Below are positions 46,715-57,067 of a stretch of 64,000 bases of DNA, in pieces (position 1 is the stretch's first letter; each line of letters opens with the position of its first letter). Made by a program: the position numbers and the translations under genes. The DNA comes from an uncultured virus (IMG/VR IMGVR_UViG_3300034102_001587) (taxonomy: Duplodnaviria > Heunggongvirae > Uroviricota > Caudoviricetes): positions 62,001 to 126,000 of the IMG/VR virus record IMGVR_UViG_3300034102_001587. One strand, written 5' to 3'. Under the pieces are notes generated by a model. The model saw only the letters and a list, made by a program, of their open reading frames with translations. It was not told the origin of the DNA and searched no databases.

Positions 46715-46722
46715 TATTTATA
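46715..46722 (+). promoter_or_regulatory. TATTTATA candidate late promoter
   Basis: Follows the terminator; 19 nt before ATG 46742. Confidence 0.55.
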
Positions 46723-46741
46723 GAATATAAATAGGGGAACT

Positions 46742-46948
46742 ATGTCTAATAAAAAAATACAAAACGAAGGAATCCTTGATGCAACTGATAAGTTTATAAC
46801 CGCATTTTTTGATGGTTTAAAAAAAGGAGCAGCTGATTCTATAATTAAGCAGGCTGAAAAAGCTAAATTACCTGATGATGTGGTTAAGAGAATGGAGAGA
46901 ATGAAAAAAGAATCAGAAGAATTCCGTAAACAATTAAAAAAGCTGTAA
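46742..46948 (+). CDS. Hypothetical small helical protein
   Basis: 68-aa ORF with ATG start, filling the gap before the tape measure gene. Confidence 0.7.
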   Translation: MSNKKIQNEGILDATDKFITAFFDGLKKGAADSIIKQAEKAKLPDDVVKRMERMKKESEEFRKQLKKL

Positions 46949-46953
46949 TATAA

Positions 46954-49827
46954 ATGCCAACATCAGCAGATTATTTACGTCAACAAAAAGCATTACAGGA
47001 GCAACTTCAACTTAAAAAAGATATTGGTGAAGCTACTGAAAGGGAGCTTGACCAATTAACAAGAGTGGATGCAGCAGTAGAACGTCTTACAGCAAAACAA
47101 AAGAAAAAATTAGCAGACCAAAAAACAAGTCTTCAAATTTCTAAACAAATAAATGTTGAAACTGCTAAACAAGTTGGCGAATTATCTTCAATAAGTGGTG
47201 TTTATTCATCTTTAGTAAATTCTCAAAAAAGTTCATTAAAAATAGCTGAGCAAGACTTAACTAATAGAATAAAACAATATCGTGCATCTGAAAGTGAAGC
47301 AAAAATAATGAATGATACACTTTCTGATGTAAGTAAATTAAATGCATTACAACAATCATTAGCAGAAAGTGGACCTGATAATGTAGAAGCACAAAATTCA
47401 ATAAGAGAACAATACGAAGCTCAAAAAAATGAAATATTAGATTCTATTAAACAGCAGAGAGCAATGGGAGAATTAACTCTAGCTCAAGCTGAAGCATTAG
47501 AAAGAATCGTTTCACAACAAGACGCAAATCTTAGTATAGCTGAACAATATGCTACAATATCGGCAGAACAAAAAGAATTAATACAATCGCAAATAGATGC
47601 CTACGATGGTATAAAAAAATCATTAAGAGGAATCGTAGGTACAGCAAAACAATTATTTAGTGGATGGCGAGGGTTTGTTGGTACTTCTTTATTTGGAGCT
47701 GGAATGGCTGCTGATAAACTTGGTGCAAATATTAAAAAGTTTGGTGGGTTCGTAGATTCGGCACAATTTTCAGCATTAGGGTTAAGTTTAATATTTGAAG
47801 ATGCTGAAGAAACTGCGGCATCATTGGCACAACAATTTGGTGGATTAAAAGATGTATCATTTGCAACCCAATTGAATACAAACCTTATGGCCAATAATAT
47901 GGGTATTACTGGTGATGAGGCGGCAAATGTTGTTGGTAGTTTTGCTAGATTGAATAATATGTCAGCAGATACTGCTGTGGATATGGCAGCAACTACCAAA
48001 TCAATGGCTAAAGCAGCTGGTGTTCCTATTAGTAAGGTAATGAAAGATGTTGCTAACTCAACTGAAGCATTTGCTTTATATGGTAAAAATGGTGGAAAGA
48101 ATATAGCTCAAGCAGCTGTAGCAGCAGCTAAGTTAGGTGTAGAAATGGATTCGATGACAAAAGTTACCGATTCCCTTTTAGATTTTGAAACATCTATAAC
48201 AAATGAATTGGAATTAGGTGCGATGCTTGGTAGAAACCTTAATTTGGATAAAGCAAGAGCATTGGCATATGAAGAAGATATTGCAGGAGCTGTTGGAGCA
48301 ACATTAGATGAATTGGGTGGGATAGAGGAATTCAATAAAATGGATATTTTTTCTAAAAAGAAAACCGCAGAATTATTAGGAATATCAGTTAGTGAATTCC
48401 AAAAAATGGCAGCTAACCAAGATAAACTTAGTGAAGGAACTGGTGTAGTTGAAGAAAAATGGAATACAATAACGGAAGCATTAACTGGATTTGTTACAGG
48501 CCCATTGGGTGGTGCATTGAAAGGTATGGGTGGTATGGTTATAGCAGCCGGTCAATTAAATATGGGATTGGGTGCAGTTGGTACATCTATTGGTGGAATG
48601 GCAAAAGGAACAGTTCAAGTATTGAAGAATTTAGTTTCTATGATAGCACCAACTAAATTACTTGAAGCAAGTAAAGCATTTGGTGGTGCTATTGGTGAAT
48701 CTAAATTAGGAAAAGGTGTTGGTGCATTAAAAGATAAATTGATGGCAGGTGTTGGTGGTGGTGGAGTAAAACCCGAAATACCAACAGGTGGCCCTGAAAA
48801 AGCAAGTGCATTTGGTAAGATAAATGCATCATCATTAATAAAAGGAGCAGCGGCTGTAGCAATTATGGCTGGGGCACTTTGGATATTTGCTAAAGCAACA
48901 CAAGAATTTGGTGATAAAGTAAACTGGCCAAATGTATTTATTGGAATTGGTGCTATGGCACTATTGGGTGGTGTGGCAGCATTATTAGGATTGGCAGGAC
49001 CTATGATATTAATTGGAGCCGCTGCTATGTTATTAGCGGCAGGAGCATTTTATGTTTTTGGATTGGCATCTCAAGAAGTTGCTAAAGGTTTAGCTATGTT
49101 AGGGCCGGCACTAATAGGATTCTCAGCTGGTATGGTTGCATTTGTTGATGCCCCATATATAAGATTTGGATTAGGTATGGCAGGTCTTGCGGTGGCATTA
49201 ACAACATTTGGTTTAGTAAGTCCATTTATGTTAATGGCAGCGGTAGGTATGACAGCATTGGGTGGAGCTCTTGCTTTATTTAGTGCGGCTTTACCAAATT
49301 TTGTAACTGCAGTAGGACAATTGGGTGGTGTTGATTTATCTCCATTAATGAGTTTGGCAGCAATGGCACCATTATTTTTCCTTATGGCTTTATCAGCACC
49401 TGGTATAGTTGTATTAGGAGCTGCATTTACGGTGTTATCATCGGCTATGGTTGCATTAAGTACAAGTTTACCTATGGTTATGGACCAAATATCACAATTG
49501 GTATCAATGGATTACCAACCTATATTTGGTTTAGCTGGAGCTATTAGTGTTTTAGCATTTTCTCTTTTATCATTGGCTAGTGCTGGATTATTAGCATTAC
49601 CAATATTATTGGGATTGGGTGCATTAGGCGCTGCTGCTGGTGCTTTAGGATTTGGTGGTGGTGATAAAGAAGATGAAAAAATGGATGAATTGATTGGTGA
49701 GATAAAAGGATTAAGAGCGGATTTGGTTGCTGGTAAGATTGGTGTAAGTATGGATGGTGTTAAAGTTACTTCTAGAATCTCTGGTATAGTAGATAAGATA
49801 GGTTCTAACTCATATGCAAAAGTATAA
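46954..49827 (+). CDS. Tape measure protein
   Basis: 957 aa; coiled-coil N-terminus, Ala/Gly-rich helical body, long hydrophobic C-terminal segments; follows the tail chaperones. Confidence 0.85.
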   Translation: MPTSADYLRQQKALQEQLQLKKDIGEATERELDQLTRVDAAVERLTAKQKKKLADQKTSLQISKQINVETAKQVGELSSISGVYSSLVNSQKSSLKIAEQDLTNRIKQYRASESEAKIMNDTLSDVSKLNALQQSLAESGPDNVEAQNSIREQYEAQKNEILDSIKQQRAMGELTLAQAEALERIVSQQDANLSIAEQYATISAEQKELIQSQIDAYDGIKKSLRGIVGTAKQLFSGWRGFVGTSLFGAGMAADKLGANIKKFGGFVDSAQFSALGLSLIFEDAEETAASLAQQFGGLKDVSFATQLNTNLMANNMGITGDEAANVVGSFARLNNMSADTAVDMAATTKSMAKAAGVPISKVMKDVANSTEAFALYGKNGGKNIAQAAVAAAKLGVEMDSMTKVTDSLLDFETSITNELELGAMLGRNLNLDKARALAYEEDIAGAVGATLDELGGIEEFNKMDIFSKKKTAELLGISVSEFQKMAANQDKLSEGTGVVEEKWNTITEALTGFVTGPLGGALKGMGGMVIAAGQLNMGLGAVGTSIGGMAKGTVQVLKNLVSMIAPTKLLEASKAFGGAIGESKLGKGVGALKDKLMAGVGGGGVKPEIPTGGPEKASAFGKINASSLIKGAAAVAIMAGALWIFAKATQEFGDKVNWPNVFIGIGAMALLGGVAALLGLAGPMILIGAAAMLLAAGAFYVFGLASQEVAKGLAMLGPALIGFSAGMVAFVDAPYIRFGLGMAGLAVALTTFGLVSPFMLMAAVGMTALGGALALFSAALPNFVTAVGQLGGVDLSPLMSLAAMAPLFFLMALSAPGIVVLGAAFTVLSSAMVALSTSLPMVMDQISQLVSMDYQPIFGLAGAISVLAFSLLSLASAGLLALPILLGLGALGAAAGALGFGGGDKEDEKMDELIGEIKGLRADLVAGKIGVSMDGVKVTSRISGIVDKIGSNSYAKV

Positions 49828-49830
49828 TAA

Positions 49831-52218
49831 ATGGCAAGGACGATAGAAGAATTATTTAAGACGAAAGTATTGGCAGATGGTAAAACTGCCGAAAAGAAAT
49901 ACGATATTCGTAATTCAAAAGAACTTCCATTGAGTTCAGCAACTGGTGCTATGGGATTGCCATTTAAGGCAGTACAAATAGCGAGAAGAAATTTATCAGC
50001 AAGAACTAAAGAAACCAGAATAGAAGAAGAAGTAACTGGTGTAAGAATTATAAGTAAGTTGGGCGGACCAATTATTTATGGTACGGATATTTTCAGATTA
50101 AGTACACAAAGTACGGATATGGTTAAGACGATGAAAGATTCGGTTAATCCTACTGATGGTGGAAATGCTGGTATATTAGGAAATGCATTTAACAAAGCAA
50201 AATCAAAAGGTTTAGAATTAGCAAAGAAGATAGGTATTGAGTTTCCTGAAAATATGATTCCTACAAAAATTAAAGCTAATGATAAGTTTATAAAAGGCAA
50301 AGAATCGGATACAATGATTACTTTGGCAGAAATTAAAAAAGATGCTGCTGGTAATTTAGTTGGAAAATTATTAGCAAAAAATGCAAAAGGAACTCCTAAA
50401 CAAATAGGAAACCAAGTTTTAGGTGCTGGTATTGATTTACTAAAAAAAGAAGTTAAGAAAAAATTATTTGGAGCACCAAAGCAAGGAGCACAAAACTTAG
50501 CATCAAAATCCGAAGGAGAAGTTCAGTATGATAGTACATCAAAATATTCAAATACTGTTCAACCGGCGTTAGAAGATGATTTTGTAAGTGAAAGAAATGA
50601 TTTATCTTCATTATTAAAAATGAGAGATGAAGCAAAAGCTAAAAATCAATCATCTTCGCAAAATGGTGAGTCTTTAAAAACTCCACCAAAGCCTGATGCT
50701 AAAAAGGCATTGGGAAATATTAAAGCACCTGATGGATTATCACCAAAAGATACTTTATCGGCATTAAAGAAAGAAAATGAAAAAAGTGTTGCCGATGGTA
50801 GAAAAGAAGGTCAACAAAGATTAGCTCAGCAAGCAGCTTCGGATGGTGATTCAATAAGAGAAAATAAGTACGATAATTTAAAACAATATGGTACTACAGT
50901 AGATGCATTAAATACGGAAATAAAATCAAGAAACGATGCATCAACTTTATATGAATCTGCAATTGATTTAAATGAAAAGTTGATAAAAGATAAAAAACCT
51001 GTAAAGTATAAGTTATTACCAAGAAAAGAAGGAAAAACAAAATTTTCTAAAAAAGTTGATAGTGGTGTAAATAAAACATCATTAGCAAATAGATATAGAA
51101 TTGATACTAAATCAAATTTATTAAATGAAAAAACTCCATATCAAGGACCTACTTTACAAATATCGGATAATACAACATTGGATGATTATGATTTTATTCC
51201 ATTAAAATTTACTTCGGTAACAAGCGGAAGAAAAATAAACACAGTAAATTTTATGGCAACTATTACTGGACTTTCTGAAACTGTAAGTCCAACTTGGGAT
51301 ACTGCTAAATTTTTAGGTTCACCATTTAACTATTATAACTACACTGGTATTGAAAGAAGTGTAACATTTACTTTCTTAGTATATTCAACAAATGCAGTAG
51401 AACATATAGCAGCTTGGCAAAGAATTAATTTTCTTACGGAATTAGCATATCCACAAGCATATAATCAGGGTTATATGATTCCACCATTCTTAAAATTAAC
51501 ATTAGGTAGTTTATATGTTGAAAAAGAATGTTTTATTGAATCTCTTTCATATAATGTTGATGATAATGGCGGATGGGAAATCGGAAATGTGGATAAAACA
51601 AAAAATGATTTTACTTTTGGAAAAACAAATGTAAAATTAAATGAATTTAAATTACCTAGAGTAATAACTGTTGATATAACTCTTAAATTTGTTGAAAGTG
51701 CAAGTAACACATATGGTGGTGAATTGTATGGATTTAAGAAAATTGGCGGAAATGTTAAACTTGTTCAAAGTAATCAACAAACAGCAAATCAAGAAAAAAC
51801 AGCAGATGTAAATTCATCCGCAAACAATGATGAAAGAATTTCAACAAGAGATGAAGAAGCGGAAAAGCCAACATTAGAACAACCAAAACCACAACCCGCA
51901 CCACAAACAAACGTAAATCAACCCGGTCAACCACAATCTGAAAAAGTTGCTGAAGTTCCAAAAGTAGAAAATACAGCTGCAGCAAAAACAGCAACAATAT
52001 CTGATGTAAGAGGAAAGTTTGAAAAGAAATATTTAGTAGCAGGTCCGCCGTTAATTCCATTGGATTTATATACAAAGGGGCCAAATCAATATGGATTTTA
52101 TGAAGCAGTAGCATATGATGGTACTGGTAAGGCAAAAACTTATGTACTTAGAAGTGCTGGATTTGAAACGGCAAAAGATGCACTTGATGATTTGGAAGCA
52201 GAATTAAGTACTTTTTAA
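49831..52218 (+). CDS. Baseplate / tail-tube initiator-like protein
   Basis: 795 aa. The central NFMATITGLSETVSPTW...YNYTGIERSVTFTF...PPFLKLTLG..FIESLSY segment is tube-fold-like; follows the tape measure gene. Confidence 0.6.
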   Translation: MARTIEELFKTKVLADGKTAEKKYDIRNSKELPLSSATGAMGLPFKAVQIARRNLSARTKETRIEEEVTGVRIISKLGGPIIYGTDIFRLSTQSTDMVKTMKDSVNPTDGGNAGILGNAFNKAKSKGLELAKKIGIEFPENMIPTKIKANDKFIKGKESDTMITLAEIKKDAAGNLVGKLLAKNAKGTPKQIGNQVLGAGIDLLKKEVKKKLFGAPKQGAQNLASKSEGEVQYDSTSKYSNTVQPALEDDFVSERNDLSSLLKMRDEAKAKNQSSSQNGESLKTPPKPDAKKALGNIKAPDGLSPKDTLSALKKENEKSVADGRKEGQQRLAQQAASDGDSIRENKYDNLKQYGTTVDALNTEIKSRNDASTLYESAIDLNEKLIKDKKPVKYKLLPRKEGKTKFSKKVDSGVNKTSLANRYRIDTKSNLLNEKTPYQGPTLQISDNTTLDDYDFIPLKFTSVTSGRKINTVNFMATITGLSETVSPTWDTAKFLGSPFNYYNYTGIERSVTFTFLVYSTNAVEHIAAWQRINFLTELAYPQAYNQGYMIPPFLKLTLGSLYVEKECFIESLSYNVDDNGGWEIGNVDKTKNDFTFGKTNVKLNEFKLPRVITVDITLKFVESASNTYGGELYGFKKIGGNVKLVQSNQQTANQEKTADVNSSANNDERISTRDEEAEKPTLEQPKPQPAPQTNVNQPGQPQSEKVAEVPKVENTAAAKTATISDVRGKFEKKYLVAGPPLIPLDLYTKGPNQYGFYEAVAYDGTGKAKTYVLRSAGFETAKDALDDLEAELSTF

Positions 52219-52233
52219 ATAACATAATATACG

Positions 52234-52524
52234 ATGGTTAGTAGATACGAAAATAACGAAATAAAAAAAACCTTTGATGGTAAGCAGGTATATAGAAGTA
52301 AAATATATCCAAATATTCCATTAAGGGATGATGATGTATATATAATAACAGAAACAGGTGATAGACTCGATACACTAGCATATCAATATTATAAAGACCA
52401 AACATTATGGTGGATTATAGCAACAGCTAATAATATTCACAATGCACCATTAGGTATAAAAGATGGAACGATTTTAAGAATACCATCTAATTATATTGAG
52501 ATACAAAGAAATTTTAATAAATAA
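52234..52524 (+). CDS. LysM-like baseplate wedge / tail X protein
   Basis: GDRLDTLAYQYYKDQTLWWIIATAN...GTILRIP signature. Confidence 0.85.
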   Translation: MVSRYENNEIKKTFDGKQVYRSKIYPNIPLRDDDVYIITETGDRLDTLAYQYYKDQTLWWIIATANNIHNAPLGIKDGTILRIPSNYIEIQRNFNK

Positions 52525-52533
52525 AGTTATAAT

Positions 52534-54828
52534 ATGTCATCATTTCCTAATTTTTCTAACGTACCAAAGTATGTTAGAGGTGAATTAAATAAAAGAATTA
52601 AAGACCCATCTGTAGTAAATAAATACAATGCATGGGTTAGAATTTCTTCTGCGGCGGGGGGTGGATTATCTATGATTTCAAATCCAAATTATTCTTTATT
52701 TGCAGCTGCTGGAGAAAAAGCAGTTTATGGTTCTGGTACATCAAGTGGAACTTTGGGAACAACTTGGGCTGGCAGTGCAATTATTGGTGGACTAAGTTCT
52801 GGTGGTGATATTGGATATAGACCAAAACCAAATGTTACCTCAATTGAAATAGATGAGGGAGCTGGAAATTTAAGTAGAAAAGCATCGTTTACAATAACCG
52901 CATATACTGAGGCACAATTAAATACATTATGTAAATATTTTTTAGAACCTGGTTATACTATTTTTTTAGAATGGGGCTGGAATGTACCGGATTCGTTAAA
53001 CGCATATAGCGCTAGATTAACTGCAGAAAATGTTGCAGAAAATCAATCGTTTACAAAAGTAAATGAAAAAAGAAAGAAGTGTAATGGGATGTATGATAAT
53101 TACTTAGGATTTATTACAGGTGGAAGTATATCAATGGAAGGTTCGACATGGAATATAAACATTAAGTGTACGGGATTCACCGAACTACCAGCATATTTGA
53201 TGGCATCTGATAATCACGAAGCTGAAGGTGATGCTCCAAAAGATGGAGAAGATGAAGATACATTAGCATTTAAACCATCTGAAATAAGTGGTGAGAGTGA
53301 TTTGGGTAAAAAGAGATTTAAGATGATGTTTAATAATCTACCAAGTTCAAGACAATCAACTGCTGTAAAAAATTTGTTAAGTAATAAAGAAATAGCAAAT
53401 GCAGCAAATTTTATTAATTTTGATGAAAATGTAAAAGAATCTTTAAATTCTTTAGGTGGTGGTACTGAATTTTTTGGATTGTCTGTAAATGATGAAGAAG
53501 TATCAACGGGTGAAGGTGATGTTGAAGTACCATCTGGAACAAAATTGGTAGGTGATGAGAGTTTCATAAGATTTGGTACGTTAATGGCTATAATTAATGA
53601 AATGGGATTGGAAGCATTTACACTTAAAAATATAGATGTAAAGGCAACAGTAAATTCTTATAGAACGGTATGTTCAGCATTTCAAAAAATATTTAGTACT
53701 GATAAAAAGAAGCTATTAATACCAAATAAGTTTACACCAGCGTTTTCATTATTCCAAGCAGCAAATACGGATAGTCCACAAACCACATTTACAAATACAA
53801 ATGATTGCAGTGTAAAAGATGGAGAAACTATTGTTTTATTTCCTGAAGAAGGTAAGATTGAAAATGGCGTTGGTAAAAGTAAACCAGAAAGACAATTACA
53901 ACCATCAGGTCAAGATGATGTGGAAGGTTTACAAAGAGAAGCTTATACATGGGGTTATTTGGATAATCTTTATGTAAATTTTGATTTTGTTAAACCAATA
54001 TTGGAATCAAAAAACTTTTCAGTAAAAGATGCAGTATATCAAATTCTAAACGGAATGTCATCGGCAGCAGGTGGTATGTGGGATTTTCAAATTATAGAAA
54101 ACGAATCCGATGATAAAAAATCAACTCAATTAGATATTATTGAATTAAATCTTTCATCTGACAAAGTAGGTTCAGAACCTGTTACTTTTAATGTAATAGG
54201 TAGTGATTCTATTTTTATGGATGCATCATTTGATATGGAAATGAGTGGTGCTAAAATGAGCCAAATTATAGGTAATAGATTATCAACAAAAATGAATGGT
54301 AGTTTACCATCAATAAAAGGTAATCTATTTGCGAAAGGTATGCAGGATTTGGTATTAACAGAAATTAAGAAAAAACAAAAACAAACAGATAATACTAAAA
54401 GTACAACAACAGGAGGTACTTCCGAAGATGAAGAAAAATTGAAAGAAAAAAATCTTCAGTTATTTTTAAATAAAATTGGAATATATCCAAAAGTTGAACA
54501 TGTAAGTTCTGTTCCTTCTGGAAAATTAGAAGAAATTGCATATGTAGCTTGTTATAATGACCAAGTAGTTTTTGATACACTCAAATTTGGAAAAGATAAA
54601 GTTGATGAAACATCTAAACAAGGAACATCAGCATTACTACCAATAAAATTTACATTTACAATACATGGAGTTAGTGGTATAACAAGAGGACAGAAATTTA
54701 AAGTAAATGGTATTCCAAGACAATATGCAACCGGAGGATTTTTTCAAGTAACTGCTGTAAAGCATATTGTACAAGATATGGTTTGGAAAACTGAAGTTGA
54801 AGGTGGATTTAGAGTTGAAAGAAAATAA
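52534..54828 (+). CDS. Baseplate hub protein (gp27/VgrG-like, putative)
   Basis: 764 aa; FLEPGYTIFLEWGW and C-terminal FTIHGVSGI..GQKF...FQVTAVKH...WKTEVEG; follows the LysM gene. Confidence 0.6.
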   Translation: MSSFPNFSNVPKYVRGELNKRIKDPSVVNKYNAWVRISSAAGGGLSMISNPNYSLFAAAGEKAVYGSGTSSGTLGTTWAGSAIIGGLSSGGDIGYRPKPNVTSIEIDEGAGNLSRKASFTITAYTEAQLNTLCKYFLEPGYTIFLEWGWNVPDSLNAYSARLTAENVAENQSFTKVNEKRKKCNGMYDNYLGFITGGSISMEGSTWNINIKCTGFTELPAYLMASDNHEAEGDAPKDGEDEDTLAFKPSEISGESDLGKKRFKMMFNNLPSSRQSTAVKNLLSNKEIANAANFINFDENVKESLNSLGGGTEFFGLSVNDEEVSTGEGDVEVPSGTKLVGDESFIRFGTLMAIINEMGLEAFTLKNIDVKATVNSYRTVCSAFQKIFSTDKKKLLIPNKFTPAFSLFQAANTDSPQTTFTNTNDCSVKDGETIVLFPEEGKIENGVGKSKPERQLQPSGQDDVEGLQREAYTWGYLDNLYVNFDFVKPILESKNFSVKDAVYQILNGMSSAAGGMWDFQIIENESDDKKSTQLDIIELNLSSDKVGSEPVTFNVIGSDSIFMDASFDMEMSGAKMSQIIGNRLSTKMNGSLPSIKGNLFAKGMQDLVLTEIKKKQKQTDNTKSTTTGGTSEDEEKLKEKNLQLFLNKIGIYPKVEHVSSVPSGKLEEIAYVACYNDQVVFDTLKFGKDKVDETSKQGTSALLPIKFTFTIHGVSGITRGQKFKVNGIPRQYATGGFFQVTAVKHIVQDMVWKTEVEGGFRVERK

Positions 54829-54829
54829 T

Positions 54830-55189
54830 ATGAGTAAAGAAAGATACGATAAGATAATAAAAAAGGATATAAACTTTAAACCTATTAGAATCAAAGCATT
54901 TAAACCAAATCCAAATGAATTTGATTATAAGAGAGGATATATAACAAGGTATTTTGTCCAAAAAATAAATGATGAAACTGCACCTGTTTATGAAATAGAC
55001 CAGAATGCATTTGATGTTTTTGGAAATAATACATTTTATCAAACTACATCAATTGACTGGAAAATAATTGGTACTGATGAACAAATTAAAGATGCAAATT
55101 CAAAATCAATACTTTTGGGTGTAAAAAAGTTGAAAGCTTTGTCATTATATTTACCAAATCTTTTACAATTTAGAAAACCAAAAGATTAA
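54830..55189 (+). CDS. Hypothetical protein (baseplate region)
   Basis: ATG 54830 just after the upstream stop is preferred over the track start 54767; DYKRGYITRYFVQK motif. Confidence 0.65.
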   Translation: MSKERYDKIIKKDINFKPIRIKAFKPNPNEFDYKRGYITRYFVQKINDETAPVYEIDQNAFDVFGNNTFYQTTSIDWKIIGTDEQIKDANSKSILLGVKKLKALSLYLPNLLQFRKPKD

Positions 55190-55209
55190 TATTTAATAAA
55201 AAATAAATT

Positions 55210-55752
55210 ATGGGATTTACAATAACAGGTTCAAAATTTATTACTACTGTATATGGTGAACTTGATTCTTTATATGGGAGAATAGATTCTTTTAGATATA
55301 ATAGAAATTCTGGTAATTTAGTTACTACAATTGCACTTTATACAAATAGTAGAGGAGCAAAATCAAATGAATTAATAGAATATCCTGTTAATTTTATGGA
55401 TTATAATATTATTGGTGTTGATATTATGTTAAGTGGTTCTATGGAAACAATAACATATCCAACATTAATAAATATTCCACTCACATCATCTGCAAATGTT
55501 GAGGTGCCAATTTACACCAATCACATTACCAGTCAAAGTATAAGTTATTACGATTTTGATGATAATGGAGATGTTGTTGAAAAATTTAAATGGGAATACT
55601 TTTCACAATCTGTACAAATAGGAACAGAAATAAAAGAGCAAGATATATTAAATAAAGAACTTATTACAGGTAATGTTTTTCCATATATGTACAATGTAGT
55701 TACATCGGAGTTCAAAGGGATTTTTGGTGAAGAAAACGTAATAAATAGTTAG
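55210..55752 (+). CDS. Hypothetical protein
   Basis: 180-aa ORF with an A-rich leader. Confidence 0.7.
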   Translation: MGFTITGSKFITTVYGELDSLYGRIDSFRYNRNSGNLVTTIALYTNSRGAKSNELIEYPVNFMDYNIIGVDIMLSGSMETITYPTLINIPLTSSANVEVPIYTNHITSQSISYYDFDDNGDVVEKFKWEYFSQSVQIGTEIKEQDILNKELITGNVFPYMYNVVTSEFKGIFGEENVINS

Positions 55753-55756
55753 TTAA

Positions 55757-56185
55757 ATGGCAAATTTTAGTATAGGTAGTTCTGTTCCAATGTCTACGCT
55801 TAGAGATGGGTTTGGATATGGTGGACCTAATATTGATATAGAAACTATTAAGGATACGGTATATCCTTATAGTGTTGGATTTAGAAGCTTAAGTGCATTC
55901 CAAAACCAAGGATTGTGGAGATATAGGATAATGCCTGATGATGGTTCTAGGGGATGGGTTCAAATGACTTACCCAGTTAATAGCGGTCAAATTTTTGGTA
56001 GTTATTTAAGCCCATGGTTTAGAAGTGGAGATTATCCTTACACATCAATATATGCACAAGGTATATATCCTTATAATTTTCAATATTGGTTTTATGAAGG
56101 TGGTGGTGTATTTTCGTATGGCTCTGCCCCAAATGTGAATTGGAATCAAAGTGGAGTTCTTAATTTAAGAGCGTATTTTGCATAG
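55757..56185 (+). CDS. Small Gly/aromatic-rich protein, possible fibre-tip adhesin
   Basis: 142 aa; Tyr/Trp/Gly-rich; ends in a beta-repeat-like YNFQYW...LNLRAYFA. Confidence 0.55.
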   Translation: MANFSIGSSVPMSTLRDGFGYGGPNIDIETIKDTVYPYSVGFRSLSAFQNQGLWRYRIMPDDGSRGWVQMTYPVNSGQIFGSYLSPWFRSGDYPYTSIYAQGIYPYNFQYWFYEGGGVFSYGSAPNVNWNQSGVLNLRAYFA

Positions 56186-56200
56186 TTATAAATAAATGTT

Positions 56201-57067
56201 ATGAAAGCTGTATGGGCGTATGGAAATAATGATTGGACCAAATCTTTTAAATTTTCAAAGTTAGAACTTATAACTGTATTTGCATCAATTACTTTGTGGA
56301 AAAAATTCTACCCAGAAGTTCCAACCTATTTGTATTGTGATGAATCGGTAAAAAAATATCTTACCGAAGTTGATTTACTTCAATTTTGGGATAACGTAGA
56401 TACATCCATTCACCAAACCCAAGACATTTATAATCGTAAAGCTTTTTGGACAATTGATAAAATACGATTGTTTCAACATTTAGAAACTCCATTTACTTTT
56501 ATGGATATGGATTTCTACATTAAAAAAAGATTATCGGACTATACTAATTATGATTATGTTTGTGCTTTTGCAGAAAACACAAAAAATTACTATCCACCAT
56601 ATTACGATAAGACTTTTAAAGAATTAAATTTTCCAAAAGAGTTTACATTTAAAGATACGGCACATAACACATGCTTTTTTTATGTAAGAAATTCGGATGT
56701 TGCAAAAAAATATACGGATATGTGTCTTTCATATATGAAGCAAATTAATGATAAAGAATTAACACAAGGGCATAGTGTATTTTTGGAACAAACAATATTA
56801 TATGAGTTAGCATTGGTAAATAATTGGAATTGGAATTTGTTAATGAATCAAAAGTTTAACGATGTTACGGGAAAATGTGACCCAGAAATAATAGAGGGAT
56901 TTTTAAGTCCAAAACAAACAGAAGAATATTATAGACATTTAAGTGTTGAGAAAATGTATGCAACAGAAGGAACTAACAAATTTTTAATTATAAAAGGTGA
57001 AATAATAGGATTAACAAAACAACATAATCCAGAATTACTTCCATTGTTACATAAACTATGTCAATAA
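56201..57067 (+). CDS. Putative GT-A-fold glycosyltransferase-like protein (DUF6734-like)
   Basis: YLYCD...FWTIDKI...PFTFMDMDF (DxD motif)...HNTCFF...LEQ. Confidence 0.6.
   Translation: MKAVWAYGNNDWTKSFKFSKLELITVFASITLWKKFYPEVPTYLYCDESVKKYLTEVDLLQFWDNVDTSIHQTQDIYNRKAFWTIDKIRLFQHLETPFTFMDMDFYIKKRLSDYTNYDYVCAFAENTKNYYPPYYDKTFKELNFPKEFTFKDTAHNTCFFYVRNSDVAKKYTDMCLSYMKQINDKELTQGHSVFLEQTILYELALVNNWNWNLLMNQKFNDVTGKCDPEIIEGFLSPKQTEEYYRHLSVEKMYATEGTNKFLIIKGEIIGLTKQHNPELLPLLHKLCQ

Noticed and set aside
42726..54828. Bacterial extracellular contractile injection system or tailocin
   Set aside because: Neck and tail-terminator genes, the tape measure, giant S74 fibres, phage-style promoters and the lack of host housekeeping genes fit a phage genome better.
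46726..56194. T4-type TATAAATA late promoters at 46726 and 56187
   Set aside because: Only two intergenic instances noticed, each within ~10 nt of a start codon in AT-rich DNA; TATTTAT(A/T) is the consistent motif.
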